A stretch of 64,000 bases of DNA from Promethearchaeota archaeon (lineage in GTDB: Archaea; Asgardarchaeota; Lokiarchaeia; Sigyniarchaeales; SOKP01): the NCBI GenBank assembly GCA_019058295.1, contig JAHPZI010000019.1:31403-95402 (forward strand), written 5' to 3'. Positions within the stretch are counted from its first letter, which is position 1. Each line of letters opens with the position of its first letter. Below, one piece after another: positions 48,051 to 56,479 of this stretch. Made by a program: the position numbers and the translations under genes. The notes below the pieces were generated by a model. That model saw only the letters and a list, made by a program, of their open reading frames with translations. It was not told the origin of the DNA and made no database searches.

Positions 48051-48842
48051 TTAAGATTTTAATAGTTTAGTTTGAACTCTTCCATGAGTTAAATTATTCA
48101 ACTTATCAATTAATTCCATTTGTAAACCGGCCGGTAAACTAACGACTGAAACCCAAGAACCATCAGACTGCCATTCTTCTTTTTTAATTTGCGCTAGTTG
48201 AGCAACAATGCCATAACCTTTAGCTGTAAAAGAAGAAGGTATTTTAATTGCTAATTCAACTTGTTCCATCCGAATTGGGATAATTGCCTGAATCTTTTTA
48301 ATTATATCGTCTACTTGTTCTTCAGCGCTTTTCATAACATCGATATTTGCTTTTGCCTCTTCAATGGCTTTTTCAATCCTTTGATAAGGATGTGGTTTTT
48401 TATTTTGAGGATTTATTGCGTTTTTGCTTATAATAGTTATTATTTGCTTTAGTTTCTTTTGTCTTTCTTCTTCTCTTTGGGATTTAGTCCATTGAATTTC
48501 TCCGTCTAATAAAATGTGTCCACTAATTCTTTTTCCGTCCGTAGTTTCAAATATCGCTTCCATATCGCCATCTGTGGCTTTTTTTCCTCGTCTTAAATCC
48601 TCAAATACGATAAAACTTTCGAAAATTAATTCTAAATTAATTTGTGGATAATTTAATACTTCATCTACAGTTAGACGAGATTTATTATCACCCGATTTTA
48701 GTCTTTTGTTGATCTCCTCACGAATAACTTTTTTAGCTTTCCATGCTTGTTCCGGATCTATTAACATCTCGAAAGTTCTGCCCCCTTTTTCTAAGCGACC
48801 AATGATATAATTCCCTAGATCTATTCTTGCTCGATCGATCAT
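48051..48842 (-). CDS. sdo1: Ribosome maturation factor SBDS/Sdo1
   Basis: FE.LIDP, F.TTD, G.IQ.T..QR, NPQ..KPHP..RI and W..DGSW motifs. Confidence 0.95.
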   Translation of the reverse strand: MIDRARIDLGNYIIGRLEKGGRTFEMLIDPEQAWKAKKVIREEINKRLKSGDNKSRLTVDEVLNYPQINLELIFESFIVFEDLRRGKKATDGDMEAIFETTDGKRISGHILLDGEIQWTKSQREEERQKKLKQIITIISKNAINPQNKKPHPYQRIEKAIEEAKANIDVMKSAEEQVDDIIKKIQAIIPIRMEQVELAIKIPSSFTAKGYGIVAQLAQIKKEEWQSDGSWVSVVSLPAGLQMELIDKLNNLTHGRVQTKLLKS

Positions 48843-48898
48843 TATATAATTTCACAAATTTTTAAATTGGTTATACCCGCTCAATCCCATGTTTTTAA

Positions 48899-48917
48899 TT
48901 TCAATACGGTATTGAAA
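48899..48917. repeat. Perfect 9-1-9 inverted repeat TTTCAATAC-G-GTATTGAAA between psmA and sdo1
   Basis: Read directly from the sequence; function unknown. Confidence 0.6.
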
Positions 48918-48978
48918 GATAAATAAAATAAGGTAATAACCTTGATTTAAATATTTATAATTTCTTTTGTAATTTCTT

Positions 48979-49695
48979 CTATAATTTATCTAATAATTCT
49001 TGTTTCTCATCTATACTTAACAATCTAAATTTTACATCCTCTTTCAAAATAAAGGCTACATCACAATTATCCTTATTTAAGTTATCGCCCATTAACTCCT
49101 TTAATGTTCTTAGGGGCAATAATTTTAATTCCTCATCACTTATATCATCTTTATAATTTTCTTCAAGATAGGTTCTTGCTTCAGTAGCTCCAGAACCAAT
49201 TGCGAAGGCTTTGTACCCCCACATGGCTCCAGAAGGATCTGTTAAATATAATGACGTTGAGCCATTATTATCAATTCCAGCAATAAGAAAAGATACCCCG
49301 AACGGTCTTACACCCGCGTTTTGCGTAAACGCTTGTAAATATTCGCAAATATTTAAGGTACTATCTTTTACAGAGATTTTTTCATCATATGATAGTATAT
49401 TTATTTGAGCTTGAATACGGGCTCTGTCAATCAACACACGGGCGTCAGCAGTCAGTCCTGCTATGGTCACTCCAATATGGTCGTCAACTTTAAATATTTT
49501 TTCTGAACCTAAACTAACAACAAGTCCAGAACTTTTTTTCTCAACCGCAAACACAACAGAATTTTTATTTATACAACAAATTGCGGTTGTTCCTCTTCTA
49601 ACCGCTTCAATTGCATACTCGACCTGGAATAGCCGCCCTTCTGGCGAAAACTGGGTTATCGCCATGTCGTATCCTCTTCCTGCTTGCTGGAACAT
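48979..49695 (-). CDS. psmA: Proteasome alpha subunit
   Basis: YD..IT.FSPEGRLFQVEYA, GVRPFGVS and TDPSG motifs. Confidence 0.97.
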   Translation of the reverse strand: MFQQAGRGYDMAITQFSPEGRLFQVEYAIEAVRRGTTAICCINKNSVVFAVEKKSSGLVVSLGSEKIFKVDDHIGVTIAGLTADARVLIDRARIQAQINILSYDEKISVKDSTLNICEYLQAFTQNAGVRPFGVSFLIAGIDNNGSTSLYLTDPSGAMWGYKAFAIGSGATEARTYLEENYKDDISDEELKLLPLRTLKELMGDNLNKDNCDVAFILKEDVKFRLLSIDEKQELLDKL

Positions 49696-49877
49696 TTATA
49701 AAATCCCTCAAAATTTTTAAATTTTAATGTATTTACATTATTTTTTTTAATTACTGATTTAAACATTATTAATTAAAGGTATAATAAATATTTTTTTCAT
49801 ATATTATAAAACCGCTACAGATCTAGGAAAAATATATTCCTAATCATTAATCTAAATATTTTATATTGAGTAAATAA

Positions 49878-50261
49878 TTAGTAAGACCATGCAAGCTTAT
49901 TTACAAAAATAGACCATTCCAATAAAATAATATCCGTCTCTTGCGATGTATGTAAGAGTAAATATGAATCTCCTTCCTTAGTAATTGAACCTGCAATGTT
50001 TCCTTTTCCGCCTGATATATTTTTCGCAGCAAGTTGGATATCATCATTTTTTAGAATCGCATATCTAAAGTTTTGATATGTTAGAGAAGGTTCTTTCTCT
50101 TTCCAAGCTTTAAGTATTGCTTTTGCTTCTTTAGTGGTCAATGGGTTAATTGTGGAAGATTTGAACATAACTTCTCCCTCCGAATTAATAAGAAATACTT
50201 CTTCAACCCCATTGTGTTGATTTAATTCTTCAACTATGTGATTAAATTGGTGTTCTTCCAT
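49878..50261 (-). CDS. Asgard profilin-like protein
   Basis: 127 aa with pattern I...GE.........W...EPS......Y.I.......L.A.N..GGKG.I.G, as recalled for Asgard profilins. Confidence 0.75.
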   Translation of the reverse strand: MEEHQFNHIVEELNQHNGVEEVFLINSEGEVMFKSSTINPLTTKEAKAILKAWKEKEPSLTYQNFRYAILKNDDIQLAAKNISGGKGNIAGSITKEGDSYLLLHTSQETDIILLEWSIFVNKLAWSY

Positions 50262-50393
50262 ATTCTATCACTAATTAATAATTATTATGAAATTTCTTTT
50301 GTAAAAAGATAATAGATTTTTGTAATTTAAACTTTTTAGAAAACACTTATTTTAAAAAAAATTTTTTACTTTAAATATATTATACTGTTTAAT

Positions 50394-51179
50394 ATGGGAA
50401 AGAAATTAGTTCTATATGATAAAATTTATAATATATCTTCAGAAAGAAAGAGGAAAGATTTTATTATACGATATTCAAAATATTTGAGGGAATATACAAA
50501 AGGGTTTTCGAATACAAAAATAAAAATAAATAAATTGCGTGATTACGATAAAAGGTTCGAAATTTTTATTAATGGACCTGAGGAAATTTTTGTTTTTAAT
50601 TTATTGAAGAAGGAAATAGGGTGCATAAAAGAATTTAAAGAGATTCAAGTAGGAAAAGTATATAAAGGAACTATGATTGATGTTGGAAAGGTTGGATTCG
50701 GCATTTTCGTTGATTGTGCAATTATGAATCCTAAAGTTGATGTTTTAATAAGTTTACACTCACTTAGGAATCAATTATGTAGGGATAAGGAAAAATCGTT
50801 AAAAGAGATTATAAATGCCTACGAATTTGTTGAACATTTTCCGGTATATGTTAAAATTATAGAAATAGACTCAATAAAGAATAAAATACAAGGAGAATTA
50901 GACGAGAAAACGTTAAAATTGTTTAAAAAAATCTTAGATGAAGATATTGAGGGTCTTTTTATGAGCGGGGAGACAAAAGGACAATTTAAAAAAGCTCTTA
51001 TAAGAAATGGAAATTTAAGAGATATAATTTCATTGAAGAGATATGGCTATTTGGAACATATTGTACTTTTAAAGGAAGGCTCTAATGCTTCAGGGATAAT
51101 ACCTAAAATTGGGAAAGATTTAAGAAATTGTAAATTAAGTGCAATACGACCAACTAAAATAAAAGCATTATTTGAATAA
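50394..51179 (+). CDS. DUF2110-family archaeal protein (S1-like domain)
   Basis: GPEE.F..NLL..EIG, G...DVGKVGFGIFVD and G..A.GII..IG motifs. Confidence 0.75.
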   Translation: MGKKLVLYDKIYNISSERKRKDFIIRYSKYLREYTKGFSNTKIKINKLRDYDKRFEIFINGPEEIFVFNLLKKEIGCIKEFKEIQVGKVYKGTMIDVGKVGFGIFVDCAIMNPKVDVLISLHSLRNQLCRDKEKSLKEIINAYEFVEHFPVYVKIIEIDSIKNKIQGELDEKTLKLFKKILDEDIEGLFMSGETKGQFKKALIRNGNLRDIISLKRYGYLEHIVLLKEGSNASGIIPKIGKDLRNCKLSAIRPTKIKALFE

Positions 51180-51195
51180 TTTTAATAAAAAATAA

Positions 51196-51334
51196 TGGTG
51201 AGCCAGGGGAGGATTGAATTCGGGCTATTTGGGATAATATCCCTTATAAGTCTCCCGACCTTCGCGGTGTAAGCGCGACGTCTGTTTCTTGTTTTCAAAA
51301 TGAAAACAAGCCATAACCACTAGACCACTGGCTC
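51196..51334 (-). tRNA. tRNA-Val(UAC) with two non-canonical introns (about 51282..51311 in the D arm, 51219..51251 at 53/54); CCA encoded
   Basis: Spliced: GAGCCAG UG GUCU AGUGGUUA UGAC G UCGCG CU UAC AC CGCGA AGGUC GGGAG UUCAAUC CUCCC CUGGCUC ACCA. Both introns form hairpins with BHB-like ends. Confidence 0.92.
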
Positions 51335-51339
51335 TTGGA

Positions 51340-51474
51340 CGCAGACGGTGGGAATTTTGAAATCTTATGCTTTACAAGATCCTTTCGAACCCACGAGTCC
51401 ATTGGACACCGGATTAGCAATCCGGCGCTTTAGGCACGCTTAAACTACGTTCTACCAAGCTAAGCGACGTCTGC
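51340..51474 (-). tRNA. tRNA-Ser(GCU) with two non-canonical introns (about 51430..51451 in the D loop, 51354..51383 at 59/60)
   Basis: Spliced: GCAGACG UC GCUU AGCUUGGUA GAGC G CCGGA UU GCU AA UCCGG, long variable arm GUCC-AAU-GGAC, GUGGG UUCGAAU CCCAC CGUCUGC G. The D-loop junction is ambiguous by 1-2 nt. Confidence 0.9.
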
Positions 51475-51575
51475 ATTTTTTTGTATAGCATGAATGGCTA
51501 TAATGTGAATATAAAAATTTAAAATTTTAATATTTTTTCATCTGGCTATTAAAAAAAAATAGAAGAAAGAAAACA

Positions 51576-52058
51576 TTATTCTGAGATTATCTCAAATACC
51601 ATCTTTTCGATAATTGGCTTTTTGGTGTAGCGTTTATCGTAATACCACCCTACAAGATGTGCTTTCTGTTCTTTCTCTGGTATAGGTGGAATTACAATGA
51701 TCATTACACCATTACTTAAGTATTTCAATATTCTTTTATCGATTGCGTGTAATTTTTCGTTCCCAGATGGATGTGAGTGCCATTGCCAAACTATATCAAC
51801 TCCTAATTCTTGCTTAAACTTCCGCATATTGTAAATTTTGGACTTTTTATATCGCATCCAAGATCTAGGTTTTATATGTACTTTAGTTTTTCGTAAATCA
51901 GAATTCATTATAAATCTATTAACAATTCCAAAGTTTTCTTTACGTTCCGCAAATAACCATCCATGTATAATATAAGGAATTTCTTCCTTTGCTTTTTCAG
52001 TAATTTCTTTAAATATTCTTTCGGGGATTAAATATCTGAAATCTTTTGCGCTACTCAT
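51576..52058 (-). CDS. JAB/MPN (JAMM-like) domain protein, divergent
   Basis: WQWHSHP...D motif; MPN-like length and layout. Confidence 0.75.
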   Translation of the reverse strand: MSSAKDFRYLIPERIFKEITEKAKEEIPYIIHGWLFAERKENFGIVNRFIMNSDLRKTKVHIKPRSWMRYKKSKIYNMRKFKQELGVDIVWQWHSHPSGNEKLHAIDKRILKYLSNGVMIIVIPPIPEKEQKAHLVGWYYDKRYTKKPIIEKMVFEIISE

Positions 52059-52290
52059 AATCTTTATTCCTCGTTGTAAATTAATTAATGATAAAATTTA
52101 TATTTTCTGTAAGTTTATTTAAAACCTTTAGCAATAGAATCCTAAGTTTAAAAAAGAATAATAATATTATGGCTTATCTCTTATTAATAACGATATTTAT
52201 TAATAGATCGTAAAAATAATAAATAAAATTATATTCTTTATTATCGTTAGCACTTTAGAAAAAATTTTAAATTATCTCTCATTAGAATAA

Positions 52291-52373
52291 GCAGATGTAG
52301 CCTAGTTGGTAAGACGCCGGCCTTGAGAGCCGGTGCGCGTGAGCGCTCGGGGGTTCGAGTCCCTCCATCTGCG
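52291..52373 (+). tRNA. tRNA-Ser(UGA), intronless
   Basis: GCAGAUG/CAUCUGC acceptor stem, CCGGC CU UGA GA GCCGG, variable arm GCGC-GUGA-GCGC, GGGGG UUCGAGU CCCUC, G73. Confidence 0.95.
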
Positions 52374-52419
52374 CTTCATATAATTGTAATATTTGCTAAC
52401 ATTAACGAATCTTAATAAT

Positions 52420-52493
52420 GGGCTATTGGCGCAGTCAGGTAGCGCAGCAGGCTCTTAACCTGTAGGTCGGGGGTTCAATTCCCTCATAGCCCG
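52420..52493 (+). tRNA. tRNA-Lys(CUU), intronless
   Basis: GGGCUAU/AUAGCCC, GCGC D stem, GCAGG CU CUU AA CCUGU, GGGGG UUCAAUU CCCUC. Confidence 0.96.
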
Positions 52494-52652
52494 TTAATAT
52501 TAATACTTTTGACTTCTTTTATTTATACTTTTATTCAAGGAAAAAAAATCCAATAAAGAAAATAAATAATTTATATCATTAATTAAAATATTTCAATATC
52601 AATTATTAATAAAAACTAATAAAAATAATCGATTTAAGAAGGAATGATTTAA

Positions 52653-52844
52653 ATGACATTAAAATTCAAATATTTTATATCTTTACTGGGGTTTCTGATT
52701 CCCACATTAATTATAACACCAATAGTTTGGATGTTCGAAGCCCCAGGCGTTCTGACGATAATAGGATTCACCACTTTAATAATTGGTGTCATTCTATCAT
52801 ATTATATGGGAATAAGAGGGGTACTTAAGGACTCTTCGGATTAA
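52653..52844 (+). CDS. Small 2-TM membrane protein
   Basis: 63-aa ORF with two hydrophobic helices, upstream AGGA and a downstream T tract. Confidence 0.7.
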   Translation: MTLKFKYFISLLGFLIPTLIITPIVWMFEAPGVLTIIGFTTLIIGVILSYYMGIRGVLKDSSD

Positions 52845-52845
52845 A

Positions 52846-52863
52846 TTTTTTTTTTTTTTTTTT
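52846..52863 (+). terminator. Oligo-T (18 T) archaeal intrinsic terminator candidate
   Basis: T run immediately after the stop codon at 52844. Confidence 0.55.
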
Positions 52864-53161
52864 GTACATAATTTCGTTACTTTAGAACATACAAATATAA
52901 AAAAAAATAACTTAAAATGAAAATAAGTAATAAAATTAGTAATAAAAATCTTATATCTTTGATCAAATAATCATATATTTAAATTTAGGTTTCTAATAAC
53001 AAGAAATAAGATATTAAGGAACTTTTACAACAAATATATTTAAATATGAAAATTTGATCTTTAATTTTATTGCACACAAAAAGAATTTAACCAAATATTC
53101 TTTTTCAGCATAAAATTTTTGGGTTAAGGTGGAAAAAAACCTCATTAGTGGGGATTAAAGA

Positions 53162-54043
53162 ATGGTATTAGATGTAGAAAACATTACGAATATATGTCCA
53201 GAGTGTGGCGGGATGATTCAACTTTTTGAAGAGAGAGGTGAGACCGTTTGTAGGCAATGTGGTTTAATTATTTTTGAGCGGGGTCTTGATCTTTCTCATA
53301 GTGGAATTAGGGCATACACTAAACAAGAAAAAGACAAAAAAGAGCGTACAGGTTGTCCAATTTCAATTTTAATGCCTGATATTGGGTTAAGTACTATAAT
53401 TGAAAGGAAAAAAATTAAAAATCCTGATTTGAGACGGGCAGCAAAATGGAACACGCATATGTCATGGGAGAAGAGAAATATGCTTATTGCTATTACCGAA
53501 TTAAAAAGGATTGGCAGTAATTTATATTTTCCAGAACATGTTAAAAAAGCAATAGTTCGGCTTTATAAAGAAGTATTTAAGAGGAAATTATTAAGGGGTA
53601 GATCTATAAACGGTATGATTGCTGCTTGTTCTTATTTTGTATGTAAAGAAGAAAAAATTCCAATTACTCTTCAAGAAATCTTAGACGAGACCTCGATAAA
53701 CTCTAATATTATAAAAAAATGTTATAATACATTAGTTAGGGAGTTAAATTTAAAATCTCCTCATATTGATCCGATTTCGCTAATACCTAGATATTGCGCA
53801 GATTTAAACTTGTCTATAGAGGAGGAAAAGGAATCTATTAAAGTTTTACAAAATTTTATTCGAAAAAATTCAACTTGTGGCAAGGATCCAAAAGGTTTAT
53901 GCGCAGGGGCGATATATCTCGTAACAAAGCTTAAGAATAGAAAACTTAGCCAAAAAGAAATATCGCTTGTAATAGGTGTAACCGAAGTAACATTGCGCTC
54001 ACGATATAAAGAAATTTTGAAAAACTTAAAATTTAATTTTTAA
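53162..54043 (+). CDS. tfb: Transcription initiation factor B (TFB) paralog
   Basis: CPECG...C..CG Zn ribbon, LRGRS, GKDP.GL.A and VTEVTLRSRYKE motifs. Confidence 0.95.
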   Translation: MVLDVENITNICPECGGMIQLFEERGETVCRQCGLIIFERGLDLSHSGIRAYTKQEKDKKERTGCPISILMPDIGLSTIIERKKIKNPDLRRAAKWNTHMSWEKRNMLIAITELKRIGSNLYFPEHVKKAIVRLYKEVFKRKLLRGRSINGMIAACSYFVCKEEKIPITLQEILDETSINSNIIKKCYNTLVRELNLKSPHIDPISLIPRYCADLNLSIEEEKESIKVLQNFIRKNSTCGKDPKGLCAGAIYLVTKLKNRKLSQKEISLVIGVTEVTLRSRYKEILKNLKFNF

Positions 54044-54156
54044 TTTGAGAATTTCTGAATATCGTTTTTAATTTTTTATTTTAACAATTTTCCTATTTTT
54101 TTAATCACAAATATAAAAGAAAAAATAAAGTAGTTTGAAGATATTATTTAGGAAAC

Positions 54157-55467
54157 TTAAATTTTCTCTACAACAGTGGCAATACCAACACCAAATCCGC
54201 CACACATCATTTGAAGTCCGTAGCGTTTGTTGTAGTTGTTAAGAAAATGAATCATTTCGGTGAAGTAAATAACTCCTGATGCTCCAATTGGATGACCAAT
54301 AGCGATAGCTCCTCCGGTTGGATTTGTTCTTGGATCATCAAGATCATATCCAAGATCTTTGCAAAATGCCAGACATGGAGAGGCAAAAGCTTCGTTCGGT
54401 TCTATACAATCAAGATCGTCAATCGTTAAATCGGCACGTTTTAAGGCTTTTCTACTTGCGGGTATTGGAGCTGTTAACATGATTTTTGGTTCATCTCCCG
54501 CAACGGCTGTCGATAATACTCGTGCCATAGGTTTCAATCCAAGAGAATTTGCTTTTTCTTCAGACATTAATAATGTAGCAGCAGCTCCATCAACTATCTG
54601 TGATGAATTCCCGGCTGTAACTTTTCCACCCCTTCTTTCTTTACGAAATACGGGTTTAAGTGATTGCAATATTTGCCAATATTTTTCCGGTTCATCTAAA
54701 TATCCTGGCCTAACTGTTTGATCTTTAGTTACAGTGACCGTTTCTTGTTTTTGTTTACCAGTCTCCTCATCTATTATTTTATTCATATTTTCATCAGTAT
54801 GCTTTTTTATATAAGTGACTGGAACCACTCTCTTATAATATTCATCTTCTTTTCGCATTGCTTTTGTAGCTTTCACATGTGACCAAGCACCAAATCTGTC
54901 TAGTTGTTCACGAGTAAGTCCATACTTATCATTTATCAACTCTGCAGATACTCCTTGTGGTACAAAATTTTTCATTACACGCTGCATGGCAGGAGAAAAT
55001 ATAGCTGGATAATTTTTAACTTGAGCACAAATTTCAAGAGTAATTCCCATATGGTAATGAGTCATTGACTCTACTCCTGCTGCAATCATTATATCTCCAT
55101 CGCCAACTTTTATTGCATTTGCGCACGTGTTTATTGCCTGAAGTCCTGCATTACAATACCTATCCACTGTTGCTCCCGCAATTACATCTGGCAATTCAGC
55201 TAATAAAACTGCCAACCGACCAATATTCCCCCCCTGTTCTCCTATTTGAGATAGACATCCTATGTGACAATCTTCAATTTCTTTTGGATCGAAATCCGGA
55301 CATTTATCTTTAGTCCTTTCCATTAGTTTTTGTAGTACTGTTATTATTAAATCTTGTGCGGAACATTCTCGGAAAGCACCACCAAGTTTTCCCATCTGAC
55401 TTCTGCCTGATTTTCCAACTGGAGTTCTAATAGCATCAATAACGACGCATTCTTTTAATTCTCTCAT
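54157..55467 (-). CDS. Thiolase (acetyl-CoA C-acyltransferase)
   Basis: RTP.GK, DRYCNAG (catalytic Cys), NEAFA, GHPIGASG and MCGGFG motifs. Confidence 0.95.
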   Translation of the reverse strand: MRELKECVVIDAIRTPVGKSGRSQMGKLGGAFRECSAQDLIITVLQKLMERTKDKCPDFDPKEIEDCHIGCLSQIGEQGGNIGRLAVLLAELPDVIAGATVDRYCNAGLQAINTCANAIKVGDGDIMIAAGVESMTHYHMGITLEICAQVKNYPAIFSPAMQRVMKNFVPQGVSAELINDKYGLTREQLDRFGAWSHVKATKAMRKEDEYYKRVVPVTYIKKHTDENMNKIIDEETGKQKQETVTVTKDQTVRPGYLDEPEKYWQILQSLKPVFRKERRGGKVTAGNSSQIVDGAAATLLMSEEKANSLGLKPMARVLSTAVAGDEPKIMLTAPIPASRKALKRADLTIDDLDCIEPNEAFASPCLAFCKDLGYDLDDPRTNPTGGAIAIGHPIGASGVIYFTEMIHFLNNYNKRYGLQMMCGGFGVGIATVVEKI

Positions 55468-55646
55468 TTAATTCAACTATTTGTTTTTGAAAATGTTACT
55501 TTTTTTTTAAAAAATTAACTATTTGTTATTATTTTTTAGAATTTTTAAATATAGATGTAATGAATGAAAACTAATCATGAAAATATAATTGTCTAACCTT
55601 TAAATGACATAAAAGTATAAATAAAAATAGTTGAGATATAACCTGA

Positions 55647-56369
55647 TTAATTTTGATGTCCAGTTCTTCTGGCAGCAATTTGACCAACTTTCCTTCCTGG
55701 TGGACGATTTCTTGATGTGGTTGTAGGTTTATGGGGTGATTGTTTTGCTCCTCCACCATAGGGGTGTGAACAAGCATTCATTGCAACTCCTCTCACGACT
55801 GGCCATTTTTTAGCCTTTGATTTTTTGTAATGAAATTTATTACCCGCCTTAACGAAAGGTTTATCGGTTCTCCCTCCACCCGCTACAACACCTATTGTAC
55901 AGAGGCAATTTTCATTGAACCATTTTCTTTTTTTAGATCGAAATAATATTTCTACTTTGTTATCTGCTCTATTTCTGATAAGAGCTCCTACTCCAGAGGC
56001 TCGAGCAAACTTACCGCCGTCTTGAGGTGTGGCTTCAATATTAAAAACAAGAGTCCCTAAGGGAATTTCCTTCAGTGGTAAAATATTTCCAACTTCGATT
56101 GGTTGTCCGCCTTTAGCTTGTATATATTCATCTCCTATAAAAATTCCTTCGGGAGGAAGCCATAATCCTTTTTCATCATCTTCGTATTTAATTTTCGCAA
56201 CTGGCGCACCTCTTCCAGGAGAGTGAATTAATTCTATTACTTTAAATTTAATTTGTTCTTCTCCCTCTTTGAAAGGGCGATATTTTACAGCTCCTATGTG
56301 TCTATGGCTTGGTGATTGCCAGGCTAAAGTTCCTCTACCTTTTCGTTGGGCCAGAATTCGCTTTCCCAT
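55647..56369 (-). CDS. rpl2: 50S ribosomal protein L2 (uL2)
   Basis: MGKRI.AQRKGRG, H.PGRGAP, VRGVAMN..HP.GGG and PPGRKVG.IAARRTG motifs. Confidence 0.97.
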   Translation of the reverse strand: MGKRILAQRKGRGTLAWQSPSHRHIGAVKYRPFKEGEEQIKFKVIELIHSPGRGAPVAKIKYEDDEKGLWLPPEGIFIGDEYIQAKGGQPIEVGNILPLKEIPLGTLVFNIEATPQDGGKFARASGVGALIRNRADNKVEILFRSKKRKWFNENCLCTIGVVAGGGRTDKPFVKAGNKFHYKKSKAKKWPVVRGVAMNACSHPYGGGAKQSPHKPTTTSRNRPPGRKVGQIAARRTGHQN

Positions 56370-56479
56370 ATGAGTCACTTAATTTTTAATATATCAATTA
56401 GATTTATTTAATAATTAAAAGCTTAAATTTTTTATTATTTAAGTTGGATTTTCTAAAATTTTGAAAAAGCTTGTAATAA

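Noticed and set aside
48843-48890. In-frame TGA upstream of SBDS as possible selenocysteine readthrough
   Set aside because: The extension has no SBDS similarity or redox motif, the TGA is part of an SD-like GTGA, and no SECIS was identified.
48899-48918. ATTGAAAG resembling a CRISPR repeat 3' end
   Set aside because: Single copy, no repeat-spacer periodicity and no cas genes in the window.
51196-52493. tRNA cluster as an integration site for a mobile element
   Set aside because: No integrase, transposase or duplicated tRNA 3' end found in the window.
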